A DNA stretch of 59,380 bases, filler included. It is 3 parts of 3 records of this genome, joined end to end, with 100 filler letters (N's around TTAATTAATTAA, not from the genome) between each part and the next. Parts side by side here need not be neighbours in the genome. Positions count along the whole stretch, not along the records: positions 20,346 to 33,158 come from DRR723986_18323; 2 more parts are not named here. The stretch is one strand, 5' to 3'. Position numbers and translations under genes: made by a program. Every line of letters starts with the position of its first letter. Position 1 is the first letter of the stretch. Shown in pieces: positions 20,246 through 30,370 of the stretch. The notes under the pieces were generated by a model. That model was not told the origin of the DNA. It saw only the letters and a list, made by a program, of their open reading frames with translations, and made no database searches.

Positions 20246-20345
20246 NNNNNNNNNNNNNNNNNNNNNNNNNNNNNNNNNNNNNNNNNNNNTTAATTAATTA
20301 ANNNNNNNNNNNNNNNNNNNNNNNNNNNNNNNNNNNNNNNNNNNN
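20246..20345. other. Artificial contig-joining spacer
   Basis: 44 N + TTAATTAATTAA (20290-20301, stops in all six frames) + 44 N. Confidence 0.98.
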
Positions 20346-20696
20346 CCAACGAATAAACAGCTGGGGTTTACCGGCGTCATCTGCCGCTATAAATGCTATA
20401 CGGGTTCCATCAGGCGACCAGCGAATATTACCACCCTTCGCCATGAGTTGACGGTTTTTGCTGCCGTCTGAATTCATAATCCACACAGATGCAGACCGGC
20501 GATCTTTCATTTTATCAATGTGCGACCGCACATAGATAATTTGCGATCCGTCAGGCGATATTTGAGGGTCCCTTACTGTCTCAATATCAAGATAAGCTTC
20601 TAACTTCAGTGGCTCCGCGTGCACAAAGGCACCCGGCACTATTGCAAGAGGCGTAAACGCCAAACTAACAAATATAGCAAAAAATCGTTTCATCAT
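20346..20696 (-). CDS. S9-family peptidase (prolyl oligopeptidase/acylaminoacyl peptidase), N-terminal propeller only, truncated at contig end
   Basis: Signal peptide MMKRFFAIF..VHA; PQISPDGSQIIY and RWSPDGTRIAF (PD40-like repeats); catalytic domain not visible. Confidence 0.75.
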
Positions 20697-20967
20697 AAGA
20701 CCCCCTATTTTGATCAACATTCGCTCACGCGCGGCGTTATTAAGGACTTCCCACCTTAAGAGCATTACGTGATTATTGATAAAATTCCCCGAAAAGGCAA
20801 TCATACCAGCGTCGATGCTTTGCAAAAATGCCACATTTCTGAATTAGACCGTAAATTCTACATAGAAATCAGGCGTTTTGACTTGTCAAATCTGGCAATC
20901 ACGCATAATCGGTGCAGATATTGACTTAGTATATTTTGCTAACCTGCGGCTTAAGGAGCTTTCTCAC

Positions 20968-22074
20968 ATGCGCGCACTTGTATTATCCCTCTGTCTCGCT
21001 GGCGTTGCTGCCCCCGCAATCGCTGAAGACGAAGACTATTATTATGCTGGCTTCCAGCTCGGTTTATCCGATGCTTTGAATGAAAGTCTTGAAGGCTTGG
21101 CACCTAACCCCCTCGACATTGAAACCCAGAAAGACTTGGGCTTTGTTGGTGGCTTGTATATAGGCCGCAACATCAACAAGTGGCGGTATGAGCTTGAATA
21201 TGCCCTTCGCTCTAATAACCTTAAAACTGTTGAAGTAACCGACCCGGGTCGGCTTGCGCTTGCAACGGGCTCACGTTCAGCTGACGGCAACCAGCAATCA
21301 GACAGCCTGATGGCTAACGCACACTATAACTTTGCAGACCTGGACGGCTGGAAAGCCTATGCAGGCCTTGGTATCGGTATGAGCCTTGTGCAGCTTGATT
21401 CGATCAGTGCAGATAATGTCCTGATTGCAGACAGCAGAAACTGGGAACCCGCTGGCCAAGCCATGCTGCACCTTACGAAAGCATTGGGCGGCGTTGAACT
21501 TGGTCTTGGTGTTCGTCATTTCAGAACACTGCGCGGCAAATTCGGCACTGAAGCGCTGGGTGCACGCCACCGTTTTACTCATAACGAAGTATTTGCTCGC
21601 ATCACATGGAAATTCGGTGAGAAGTCAGCACCTGCAGCGAAAGCGGCCCCTGCTCCAGCACCGGCTCCGGCACCTGTTGTTGCTCAGCCAGCACCTGCGC
21701 CAAAGCCTGAGCCGCAGCCAGAACCAAAGCCGGTCGCTATTCCTGGCCCGTTCATGGTATTCTTTGACTTCGACCAAACTGTATTGACCTCAGATGCACG
21801 CTCTATCATTGAGCGCGCAGCAAAAGCATTCAAACAAGTTGGTGCAGCGCGCATTGCTGCTGCCGGTCACGCTGACCGTTCTGGTTCAGACCAGTATAAC
21901 CAGGCATTGGCCCTGAAGCGGGCACAGGTTGTTCGTGATGCATTGATCGCTGAAGGTGTTCCAGCGAACCAAATTGGCATCCGCAGCCTTGGCGAAACAT
22001 CTCCGCTGGTTAAAACCAACGACGGTGTTCGCGAATGGCAAAACCGCCGCGTGGAAATTGTTCTTTCCCGCTAA
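20968..22074 (+). CDS. OmpA-family protein (N-terminal beta-barrel, Pro/Ala linker, OmpA_C domain)
   Basis: AAGGAG RBS; signal peptide; APAP linker; VFFDFD, GHADRSG, YNQALALKRA, NRRVEI. Confidence 0.93.
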   Translation: MRALVLSLCLAGVAAPAIAEDEDYYYAGFQLGLSDALNESLEGLAPNPLDIETQKDLGFVGGLYIGRNINKWRYELEYALRSNNLKTVEVTDPGRLALATGSRSADGNQQSDSLMANAHYNFADLDGWKAYAGLGIGMSLVQLDSISADNVLIADSRNWEPAGQAMLHLTKALGGVELGLGVRHFRTLRGKFGTEALGARHRFTHNEVFARITWKFGEKSAPAAKAAPAPAPAPAPVVAQPAPAPKPEPQPEPKPVAIPGPFMVFFDFDQTVLTSDARSIIERAAKAFKQVGAARIAAAGHADRSGSDQYNQALALKRAQVVRDALIAEGVPANQIGIRSLGETSPLVKTNDGVREWQNRRVEIVLSR

Positions 22075-22097
22075 GCGTATTACTAAGACCCTATAAT

Positions 22098-22135
22098 AAA
22101 CTGGCCCTGGAATAACTTCCGGGGCCAGTTTTTTT
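22098..22135 (+). terminator. Rho-independent terminator
   Basis: AAACTGGCCCTGGAA-TAAC-TTCCGGGGCCAGTTT plus T-run. Confidence 0.85.
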
Positions 22136-22197
22136 ATGTCTTCATTCTCGGGTAAGTTTTCCGCTATCGCCTTGAAAGGTTTACTGACTATCGAAGG

Positions 22198-22680
22198 TTA
22201 TTGGACGATTCCAGAATTGTCCGCGACGGTACAGCTGCGCTCCGGTTGTCTATAGCGCACTGGCATAAGCGTGATAAGCCCAGCGGGATCAGGCATCTTC
22301 ACGGCCATTTGCAGGGCCATTTGTGCCCGGTCACAAAACTGCGCAACAGATGTACTACCCAGCGATACTTTATTAGCTAAAGAAACAACATAGCCGTCCA
22401 AGCCACCTTTTTTGAACCGCTTAAGATACCGGCGCAGCGGCCCTTCAGCTTCAATGAAATAAGGCCGCTTAGACCGAACAAAGTCATTGTAAAGGCTGAT
22501 AATACTTCGGTGAGATCCTCCACGGCACTGCAAGGTAGCAACGCGCATTTGCGTTTCAACAAACCTGATCTGATCAGCTTTAATTTCTCGAACCTGCATA
22601 CAAGCGTCAGCGGCGGAGACAGTATGCGTACCCACGCTCATGAGCATCGTTGCTGCTACCAATGATTTCATTATCTTCAT
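22198..22680 (-). CDS. Secreted hypothetical protein with 4 Cys
   Basis: Signal peptide ending VSA-A; 160 aa; motif RVATLQCR..YNDFV. Confidence 0.75.
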   Translation of the reverse strand: MKIMKSLVAATMLMSVGTHTVSAADACMQVREIKADQIRFVETQMRVATLQCRGGSHRSIISLYNDFVRSKRPYFIEAEGPLRRYLKRFKKGGLDGYVVSLANKVSLGSTSVAQFCDRAQMALQMAVKMPDPAGLITLMPVRYRQPERSCTVADNSGIVQ

Positions 22681-22949
22681 TCTACTCTTATGCCTTACAC
22701 CATTCTTTTAGCAGCATGGCATCTTATTCCCTAATCAAAAGTTAAATCAAAAATGTGTCATAAATTTAGCTAACATTTTAATCTAATTACTATTTTTAGC
22801 TTTTTAACGTCAAAACCATACCCTAAGGGTATAGGCCTATAAAATGATAGCTATTGCACGACTTGGTTGCACTTGTGTAGCCTGCCGTCAAGTGGGAGGG
22901 TCTGCCGCTCATAGTCAGCAGCAGCGCCTAAGTATTTAGGGGAAAAATC

Positions 22950-24191
22950 GTGAAGTTTTGGTTTGGTATTACGCTTTGGAAACGCATACTAGGCATGCTT
23001 GTTCTGGGCATTATTTTTGGTGCGCTCTTGGAAGAAACAGCCACCAGTATTGCGTGGATGGGTGATGTCTTCATCAACCTTATCCGCATGATCGTAGTAC
23101 CGCTCGTGTTTGTAACCCTCGTTTCCGGTGTTATTGCCATGGGCGACCCCAAAAGGCTCGGCTCTCTCGGAGCTAAAACAATGGCGCTCTATATGGGGAC
23201 CACGCTGGTTGCCATCACCATTGGGTTGGTTATGGCCATTATCATACAGCCGGGAATCGGCGTTGATATTTCCGGTGCAGAAGCAAAAATACTGCCCCCT
23301 GCCAAATCCTTGGAAGATCGATTACTGGGTATTATTCCCCGCAACCCAATCAATGCGCTAGCTGAAGGAGACATGCTGGCTATCATCTTCTTTGCGCTCA
23401 TTCTTGGCGCTGGCATTATGATGGCGGGTGAAAAAGGCAAACCCCTTGCAAAGTTGTTTGATGCTGGCTCAGAAGCCATGTTGAAAGTTACCCACGTGGT
23501 TATGGAAGTTGCGCCCTTTGGTGTTTTCGCCTTAATCGCTAAAGTGGTTGGCACCGGCGGTGTACAGCAACTTCTCACGGTTGTACCGCTAGCGGCTGCG
23601 GTTGTTATTGCATGTGTTATTCACGTTGTTATTACGCACGGTGCCATCATGAAATTTCTGCTTAAACTACCGCCTGGCAGGTTTTTCAGGGACATAACTG
23701 GCGCGCAACTGGTTGCTTTTTCCACGTCGTCCAGTTCTGGCACCCTACCTGTAACCATGGCTGTCGCTGAGGAAAACCTTGGTATTAAACCTGCTGTAGC
23801 ATCTAGCGTTTTACCCCTTGGGGCTACTATCAACATGGACGGCTCAGGTATCTATGTGGGCATTCTGGCAGTGTTTGCAGCGCAGGTTTTAAGCGTGCCG
23901 CTGGGGCTTGAACAATATTTGTTGATCGCTTTTGCTGCTACGCTTGTTTCAATAGGTACAGCGGCGGTGCCGTCTGCATCGCTGTTCCTGCTTGCAACTG
24001 TGTTGAGTGTTATTGGCATTGAAGACGCGCAAACATTTCTGATTGTCGGTTTTGTCTTCCCGTTTGACCGCCCGCTGGACATGTTACGTACTGTGGTCAA
24101 TGTAACCGGTGACCTGTCGGTTAGTACCGCTGTTGCCAAATGGGAAGGTGAATTAGACGAAGATGTGTTCCGCGCAGAACCGGTTGAATAA
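22950..24191 (+). CDS. Dicarboxylate/amino acid:cation symporter (DAACS/GltP family)
   Basis: LIRMIVVPLV, AFSTSSSSGTLP, PLGATINMDG, DMLRTVVNVTGD. Confidence 0.95.
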   Translation: MKFWFGITLWKRILGMLVLGIIFGALLEETATSIAWMGDVFINLIRMIVVPLVFVTLVSGVIAMGDPKRLGSLGAKTMALYMGTTLVAITIGLVMAIIIQPGIGVDISGAEAKILPPAKSLEDRLLGIIPRNPINALAEGDMLAIIFFALILGAGIMMAGEKGKPLAKLFDAGSEAMLKVTHVVMEVAPFGVFALIAKVVGTGGVQQLLTVVPLAAAVVIACVIHVVITHGAIMKFLLKLPPGRFFRDITGAQLVAFSTSSSSGTLPVTMAVAEENLGIKPAVASSVLPLGATINMDGSGIYVGILAVFAAQVLSVPLGLEQYLLIAFAATLVSIGTAAVPSASLFLLATVLSVIGIEDAQTFLIVGFVFPFDRPLDMLRTVVNVTGDLSVSTAVAKWEGELDEDVFRAEPVE

Positions 24192-24219
24192 ACCAAATTC
24201 GGTTTTTTCTTATCAAATC

Positions 24220-24255
24220 AAACGCTGGGTGCTATAGGGCGCCCGGCGTTTTTTT
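24220..24255 (+). terminator. Rho-independent terminator
   Basis: AAACGCTGGGTGC...GCGCCCGGCGTTT plus T-run. Confidence 0.75.
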
Positions 24256-24285
24256 ATATAACGCGACAGAGAAATAAGGTTTTTC

Positions 24286-24981
24286 ATGGTGACTAATAAA
24301 AAAGCAGTGGTTCTTTTGTCTGGCGGCCTAGACAGCGCTACCTGTGTTGCCATGGCGCGCGATGCAGGGTTTGCGGTATATGCCTTGTCGTTCGCCTACG
24401 GCCAGCGGCACAGCGTTGAACTGGAAGCCGCAGACCGCGTGGCCAAACATTTAGGTGTGGCTGAACATAAAACCGCTGTATTGGACCTGCGCCTGTTTGG
24501 CGGCAGCGCCCTAACCGCTGACATTGACGTGCCGAAAGACCGCAATGAAGAAACCATGGAATCCGACATTCCTGTTACCTATGTCCCTGCCCGTAATACC
24601 ATCTTCCTGTCTTTCGCCATGGCCTACGCCGAAGTGGTTGGCGCTAAAGATATTTTCATTGGTGTCAACGCACTTGATTACAGTGGTTATCCTGATTGCC
24701 GGCCTGAATTCATTAAGTCGTTTGAAGAAACCGCCAATCTGGGTACCAAGGCTGGCGTGACCGAAGACGAACGCCTACGCATTCAAACCCCGCTTATTGA
24801 TATGACCAAAGCAGAGATTGCCGCCACCGGTACACAGCTAGGTGTGGATTACGCCATGACCATCAGCTGCTATGACCCGGACACTTCTGGCGCAGCGTGC
24901 GGCCACTGCGACAGCTGCCTACTGCGCCAAAAAGGCTTCCGTGAAGCGGGCCTTGCGGACCCAACCCGCTATCAGGCATAA
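24286..24981 (+). CDS. queC: 7-cyano-7-deazaguanine synthase
   Basis: [32 protein letters not shown]...CGHCDSC. Confidence 0.97.
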   Translation: MVTNKKAVVLLSGGLDSATCVAMARDAGFAVYALSFAYGQRHSVELEAADRVAKHLGVAEHKTAVLDLRLFGGSALTADIDVPKDRNEETMESDIPVTYVPARNTIFLSFAMAYAEVVGAKDIFIGVNALDYSGYPDCRPEFIKSFEETANLGTKAGVTEDERLRIQTPLIDMTKAEIAATGTQLGVDYAMTISCYDPDTSGAACGHCDSCLLRQKGFREAGLADPTRYQA

Positions 24982-24988
24982 GCACCAT

Positions 24989-25624
24989 ATGGTCTATTCG
25001 GTTAAGGAAATTTTTTACACGCTGCAAGGCGAAGGCAAACAGGCTGGGCGGCCTGCCGTTTTTTGCCGATTTGCCGGCTGTAACCTTTGGAGCGGGCTGG
25101 AGCGCGACCGTGCCACGGCAATTTGCCAGTTCTGTGACACAGATTTTGTCGGCACTGACGGTGAAGGCGGTGGCAAGTTTAAAACAGCGGAAGACTTAGC
25201 GACGGCTGTTGCAGCCGCATGGCCAGAAGGCATGACCGATGACCGGTTTGTTGTCTGCACCGGCGGCGAGCCCCTGCTTCAAATGGACACTGCCGTCATT
25301 GACGCTTTTCACGCGCAAGGCTTTGAGATTGCTGTTGAAAGCAACGGCACGATCGAGCCACCAGCGGGCATAGACTGGCTTTGCATCAGCCCTAAAATCG
25401 GTTCTGAGATGCTTGTAAACAAAGGCCAGGAGTTAAAGCTGGTTTACCCCCAAACTGGCGGTGACCCAGCTCAGTTTGAGCATCTGGCCTTTGAGAATTT
25501 CTACCTGCAGCCCATGGACAGCCCTGCGCTGGCCCAAAATACCGAACAAGCTGTGGATTACTGCAAAGCCCACCCCAAATGGCGATTGAGCCTGCAAACC
25601 CACAAGCTGATCGGTATTCCTTAA
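24989..25624 (+). CDS. queE: 7-carboxy-7-deazaguanine synthase (Cx14CxxC radical SAM type)
   Basis: EIFYTLQGEG, C-NLWSGLERDRATAI-CQFCD, TGGEP, LQTHKLIGIP. Confidence 0.96.
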   Translation: MVYSVKEIFYTLQGEGKQAGRPAVFCRFAGCNLWSGLERDRATAICQFCDTDFVGTDGEGGGKFKTAEDLATAVAAAWPEGMTDDRFVVCTGGEPLLQMDTAVIDAFHAQGFEIAVESNGTIEPPAGIDWLCISPKIGSEMLVNKGQELKLVYPQTGGDPAQFEHLAFENFYLQPMDSPALAQNTEQAVDYCKAHPKWRLSLQTHKLIGIP

Positions 25625-25641
25625 CCCATTATAACCGAGTG

Positions 25642-26379
25642 CTAGGTTACATATTCCGCAGGCGGCTCAAACAGGCTTGGATCAGGTTTTTTGTTGCTGC
25701 CCACTAATGAAATCATTTGGTAGCGTACAACACCGCCGCTGGTTGTTGCCCAGTCTGGCACCCGAAGGTTGCCAAATCGCTTCAACGGACCAAAAACATA
25801 TTCATATTGCGTGGTTGCCCAAATGATGGGTTCTTTGCGCGCATTCAAAAGTATCCAGCCCTGTGCCTCACCGTTTGGCCCAACGAATTCAAGCGCCTTA
25901 GCTTGCGGGATTGACGGCAACTGCCCGTAGCGAATGGTGATCTCACTCTGGCCGCGCGCAATGGCCCTTGCTAGGCGGTATATGCTGTAAGGCGCGCGTT
26001 CCTCTGCGCGTTTGAGTGACTCGTCGCTGGCATAGGAAAACTCACCGTTCACAATATTCCAATAACGGCTCTCGGGGCTATAAGCACGAATACGGCTGTA
26101 TATTTCGCTGTCCATTGTCACGTATGACCGCGGGCCGGTTAGGTCGAGAATCTCTGTTTCAAGATAAGTATCTGGCCGATTAACAATGTCCCATTCGTGC
26201 ACAAAATGAACACTGTCCAATGTTTTCCAGATAACGGCACCACCCATGGTTTCAACCATGGCTTTAGCGTCAGCGATGGCTTCTGGGTCACCGCGCAGGC
26301 CGTGTTCCTGTGCGTGGGCAGGCGCTGCAAACAATAGTATTACAGCGACTAATAATGAATGAAGTTTCTGAATGTTCAT
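25642..26379 (-). CDS. Secreted hypothetical protein
   Basis: GGAGG RBS, signal peptide ending AHA-Q, 245 aa, no motif recognised. Confidence 0.75.
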   Translation of the reverse strand: MNIQKLHSLLVAVILLFAAPAHAQEHGLRGDPEAIADAKAMVETMGGAVIWKTLDSVHFVHEWDIVNRPDTYLETEILDLTGPRSYVTMDSEIYSRIRAYSPESRYWNIVNGEFSYASDESLKRAEERAPYSIYRLARAIARGQSEITIRYGQLPSIPQAKALEFVGPNGEAQGWILLNARKEPIIWATTQYEYVFGPLKRFGNLRVPDWATTSGGVVRYQMISLVGSNKKPDPSLFEPPAEYVT

Positions 26380-26477
26380 ATATCCCTCCCGATTTCATGA
26401 CATCAAGGCCAAATCGTAGAGAGAGCGCGGTGTGCTGAAAAACCGAATGCGGCAAACAGCATCAATTTTGCGATGAA

Positions 26478-26942
26478 TTAGCCCCTGCCACGATAAGTCG
26501 GCACATCCTGCTCGGGTATCCAAACACCCTTGGGCGCGTCGCCAGTTTGGAAAAATACATCGATGGGAATGCCGCCGCGCGGGTACCAATAGCCACCGAA
26601 ACGCAGCCATTTTGGTTTCATTTCGGCAAGCAGCCGTTCTGCAATGCCCACAGTACAATCTTCATGAAACGCGGCATGGTTACGGAAAGATTGCAGGAAC
26701 AATTTCAATGACTTACTTTCAACCAACTGTTCTCCAGGCACGTAATCCAGCACCAAATGGGCAAAATCAGGCTGCCCGGTTACCGGGCAGAGGCTTGTAA
26801 ATTCAGGGCATGTGAAACGCACACAGTAATCGCTACTCGGCCGAGGGTTTGGCACATATTCCAGCACGGCTTCTTCTGGTGTGGCCGCCGCGCCGCCACT
26901 GCCGCCTAATTGTTCCAAACCCTCATAAATCGATTTCGCCAT
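26478..26942 (-). CDS. queF: NADPH-dependent preQ0 reductase, type I
   Basis: [34 protein letters not shown]. Confidence 0.97.
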   Translation of the reverse strand: MAKSIYEGLEQLGGSGGAAATPEEAVLEYVPNPRPSSDYCVRFTCPEFTSLCPVTGQPDFAHLVLDYVPGEQLVESKSLKLFLQSFRNHAAFHEDCTVGIAERLLAEMKPKWLRFGGYWYPRGGIPIDVFFQTGDAPKGVWIPEQDVPTYRGRG

Positions 26943-27135
26943 GATGTGTTCCTTATGTGCCTCCTGGGGATGCTATGACCGAAATCACGCGGTTTTGTCA
27001 AAAAAATACGGCAATACGTGCAAAAAAACGCGAATAAATCAGCATTTTGCAGATTCAATCTTTGTTAATTCCTTCTTGTTAAAGTCCCCGTCATCGCAAT
27101 TCAGCCCACATGCTACTGACTCACTTGGGGATAAA

Positions 27136-27465
27136 ATGACACACATATGCACACCAGCTTTCGCCCCCGGCCAAATTGTGCGTCACAAAGTGAACGGCTA
27201 CCGCGGTTTGATATACGATGTAGACGCTTGCTTTAGCGAAGAGCCATCTTGGCTTGAAAGGTTAAACGCCGATGAGCGCAGCGTCAGAAAACCTTGGTAT
27301 CATGTGTTGGTAGACGGCCAAACCCATACAACCTATGTGGCTGAAGATAGCCTTGAACTGGCAACTGGCGCAGACTGCGCCGTTGATTTCGACCATCCTC
27401 TGCTAGGTGATTTCTTCCGCAAGGAGGGTGCTGGCGCGCTTTCAGCCCGCCATAGCCTTAATTAA
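27136..27465 (+). CDS. hspQ: HspQ/YccV-like protein
   Basis: FAPGQIVRHK..GYRGLIYDVD, PWYHVLV, TYVAE, HPLL; GGGG RBS before ATG 27136. Confidence 0.88.
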   Translation: MTHICTPAFAPGQIVRHKVNGYRGLIYDVDACFSEEPSWLERLNADERSVRKPWYHVLVDGQTHTTYVAEDSLELATGADCAVDFDHPLLGDFFRKEGAGALSARHSLN

Positions 27466-27608
27466 GCCCAAATACCCAGCCTATTTTTACAAGTCCTAAT
27501 CCAATAGGATAGATATGCCTCGTTGAAACTTGCTGCTTGCGGCCCTAAAGTGCTGCCAGCAAACGAAACGACACCCAAGAAACCAGCACAAAATACAGCA
27601 GGAAAATA

Positions 27609-28487
27609 ATGGCAAACTCTCCCCTTAAAACCGTGGAATGGCTAACCAAAAACTTGGCCAAGAAACAAGAGCCCGGCAAGTTGGTTATTCTGGATGCCAC
27701 CTGGCACATGCCTGACAGTGGCCGCAATGCACTAGAGGAATACAGGGAAGCCCACATTCCAGGCGCCTTGTTTTTCGATATAGATGCAGTGGTTGACCCG
27801 TTATCTGACCAACCGCACGCCCTGCCAAAAGCACGCGATTTTGCTACTGCGGTTAAGCTTCTAGGCATAAACAACGGCAGTAAAATTGTAATTTATGACA
27901 ATAGCGATTTCCGAACCGCCGCCCGGGCGTGGTGGATGTTCCGGGCCATGGGGCATAAGAATGTTTATGTGCTCGACGGCGGCATGCAACTATGGACCGC
28001 AAAGGGCCTTAAAACACAGCGTGGCGGTTTTAAGGTCGATAAATCAATATATTATGCAGAATATAACGAAGACCTTTATCTGTCCAAAGATGACATTTTG
28101 GAAAACCTGGACAAGGGTACCTATCAGATTATCGATGCCCGTGCTGAAGCCCGGTATTTGGGGACGGCCCCAGAGCCACGTGAAGGCTTGCGGTCTGGCC
28201 ATATACCAAAAGCGCTTAACCTGCCCTTCAGCCAGCTTTACAACGGCGATGGCACCCTATTGGATAACGACGCACTCTATGACCGTTTTATAGCTGCAGG
28301 CGTTGACCCTGATATGCCAATTGGCACAAGCTGCGGCTCTGGTGTCACTGCCTGCTGTCTCGCACTTGCTTGCGCCAAACTTGGCAAGTGGGATGTGCCA
28401 ATTTATGATGGGTCATGGAGCGAATGGGGTGCTGACGCATCTTTTCCCATTGAAACCACCCCTAACCCGACCGAGGCAACAATATGA
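27609..28487 (+). CDS. sseA: 3-mercaptopyruvate sulfurtransferase (tandem rhodanese)
   Basis: HIPGALFFD, AARAWW, SGHIP, active loop CGSGVTA, YDGSWSEW. Confidence 0.95.
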   Translation: MANSPLKTVEWLTKNLAKKQEPGKLVILDATWHMPDSGRNALEEYREAHIPGALFFDIDAVVDPLSDQPHALPKARDFATAVKLLGINNGSKIVIYDNSDFRTAARAWWMFRAMGHKNVYVLDGGMQLWTAKGLKTQRGGFKVDKSIYYAEYNEDLYLSKDDILENLDKGTYQIIDARAEARYLGTAPEPREGLRSGHIPKALNLPFSQLYNGDGTLLDNDALYDRFIAAGVDPDMPIGTSCGSGVTACCLALACAKLGKWDVPIYDGSWSEWGADASFPIETTPNPTEATI

Positions 28488-29683
28488 GCGATAGCGTCGA
28501 TAAGAACGACAATGAAAACACTAAACTGGTAACAAGTGGCAGGCGCAAGGCATGGACCCACGGGGTAGTAAACCCACCGGTTTACCGTGCGTCCACTTGC
28601 CTGTTTGACAGCTATGCACACTTGCGAGAGCGCACCGCAAACCCATCGGCAAAACAGCTATTTTATGGCCGCAAAGGCACGCCGACCCAGTGGGCACTTG
28701 AAGAAGCGCTTACCGAGCTGGAAAATGCCGACGGCACCATGCTTTTCCCTAGCGGTATTGCGGCAGTTACAACATCTATTCTCGCACTGGTTAAAGCAGG
28801 CGACCATATTTTGATAACTGACAGCGCCTATGAGCCTACGCGGTCCTTCGCTAATGGCATGCTAAAGGCAATGAATATTGAAGCCGATTACTACGACCCA
28901 ACAATAGGCGCGGGAATTTCTGCCCTGCTCAAACACAATACCAGCGTGATTGTTACCGAAAGCCCAGGCTCACTTACTTTTGAAGTGCAGGACATACCGG
29001 CAATTGTTGCAGCCGCAAAAGAAAATGGCACTTATGTTGTTACCGACAACACATGGGCAACACCCTTATTTTTCAAACCATTAGATCATGGTGCTGATAT
29101 TTCAATTGAAGCATGCACAAAATATGTTAATGGCCATTCAGATGCTATGATTGGAAGCGCGAGCGCCAGAGGTGTAGCATGGAAAAAGCTTGGTAGAACC
29201 GCCTACCAAATGGGCCATACAGTTTCCCCTGACGATGCATTCTTAACATCGCGCGGGCTTAGAAGTTTGGGTGTTAGGCTTAAAGCACATGAAGAAAATG
29301 CCCTGAAAGTTGCGGCATGGTTAAGAGAACGCCCCGAAGTGGCGACAGTGTTACACCCAGCGTTTGAAGAGTGCCCCGGCCATGAGATATGGGCGCGAGA
29401 TTATGCTGGTTCAACCGGATTGTTTTCCATTGTTTTACAAGGCGGTGACTACCCTGACACCGCCGCAATGGTTGACCATATGCGCTTGTTTAAAATGGGC
29501 TTCAGCTGGGGCGGTTATGAAAGCCTTATCCTGCCTTCTGATCCTACCCAGTATCGAACGGCCAATAAATGGACAGCACCCGGCCCTCTTCTGAGAATAC
29601 ACATCGGGCTTGAGGATACAGACGATCTGATCGCTGACCTAGAGGCTGGCCTTATTCGTTACAGCAAGCATATCGGCGCATAA
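28484..29683 (+). CDS. metC: Cystathionine beta-lyase
   Basis: VNPPVYRAST, YGRKGTPT, ESPGS, DNTWA, TKY PLP lysine, GFSWGGYESL, RIHIGLED. Confidence 0.94.
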   Translation: MSDSVDKNDNENTKLVTSGRRKAWTHGVVNPPVYRASTCLFDSYAHLRERTANPSAKQLFYGRKGTPTQWALEEALTELENADGTMLFPSGIAAVTTSILALVKAGDHILITDSAYEPTRSFANGMLKAMNIEADYYDPTIGAGISALLKHNTSVIVTESPGSLTFEVQDIPAIVAAAKENGTYVVTDNTWATPLFFKPLDHGADISIEACTKYVNGHSDAMIGSASARGVAWKKLGRTAYQMGHTVSPDDAFLTSRGLRSLGVRLKAHEENALKVAAWLRERPEVATVLHPAFEECPGHEIWARDYAGSTGLFSIVLQGGDYPDTAAMVDHMRLFKMGFSWGGYESLILPSDPTQYRTANKWTAPGPLLRIHIGLEDTDDLIADLEAGLIRYSKHIGA

Positions 29684-30370
29684 ATGCTGGAACCCTTTGA
29701 AATTGAAGCCTTACTGCTTAGTTTCAAAGTTGCAATTACGGCTACCCTGATTGGATTGCCGGTGGCTATTTGGGTTGCCTATCATTTGTCACGCAGCAAG
29801 TTTCGCGGCAAATTTATTGTTGAAACACTGGTGCATATCCCCCTTGTGGTACCGCCTGTAGTGGTTGGCTTTGCGCTTTTGGTGCTATTCACGCCCATAA
29901 GCGGCTTCGGTGGGTGGCTTAGCGGCTTGGGACTTAATCCTGCCTTTACATGGGGTGCAGCAGCCATTGCCAGCGGCGTTATGGCCTTTCCGCTTATGGT
30001 CCGCAGTATTCGTCAGGCCTTTGACGCAGAACCGCATCAATACAGTGAAGTTGCCCAAACACTTGGCGTAGACGGCTTGAAACGCTTCTTAAAAGTTAGC
30101 CTCCCGCTTGCGACACCCGGCCTTGTATCAGCCGCGGTGCTAGGCTTTGCCCGCGCCATTGGCGAATTTGGCGCAACCATTACTTTTGCCGCCAATATAC
30201 CAGGCCTAACCCAAACTTTGCCTTTAGCGCTCTATTCTGCCGCGCAGACCCCAGGCGGGGAAATAGCTGCTTACCGTTTGGCCCTCATCAGCCTTATACC
30301 CGCCTTAGGCAGTCTCTTCATTGCAGAATGGCTTCAGCGCAAACGTTCCGGGGGGTCCGCTAATGGATGA
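29684..30370 (+). CDS. modB: Molybdate ABC transporter permease
   Basis: PLVVPPVVVG, FPLMVR, FARAIGEFGAT, TQTLPLA. Confidence 0.93.
   Translation: MLEPFEIEALLLSFKVAITATLIGLPVAIWVAYHLSRSKFRGKFIVETLVHIPLVVPPVVVGFALLVLFTPISGFGGWLSGLGLNPAFTWGAAAIASGVMAFPLMVRSIRQAFDAEPHQYSEVAQTLGVDGLKRFLKVSLPLATPGLVSAAVLGFARAIGEFGATITFAANIPGLTQTLPLALYSAAQTPGGEIAAYRLALISLIPALGSLFIAEWLQRKRSGGSANG

Noticed and set aside
20290-20301. TTAATTAATTAA palindrome (also 33203-33214) as a regulatory site or repeat
   Set aside because: Sits centrally in N-runs; it is a synthetic six-frame-stop linker
21628-21747. GCACC/GCTCC repeats
   Set aside because: Ordinary Pro/Ala linker of OmpA
22731-22745. CtrA box (minus strand TTAA-N7-TTAG)
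   Set aside because: Imperfect match in a very AT-rich region; expected by chance
24192-24285. preQ1 riboswitch upstream of queC
   Set aside because: No preQ1-I consensus or A-rich tail; the hairpin is explained as the symporter terminator
24286-26942. Dpd 7-deazaguanine DNA-modification defence island
   Set aside because: No dpdA/TGT-like gene; queF and housekeeping context indicate tRNA queuosine synthesis
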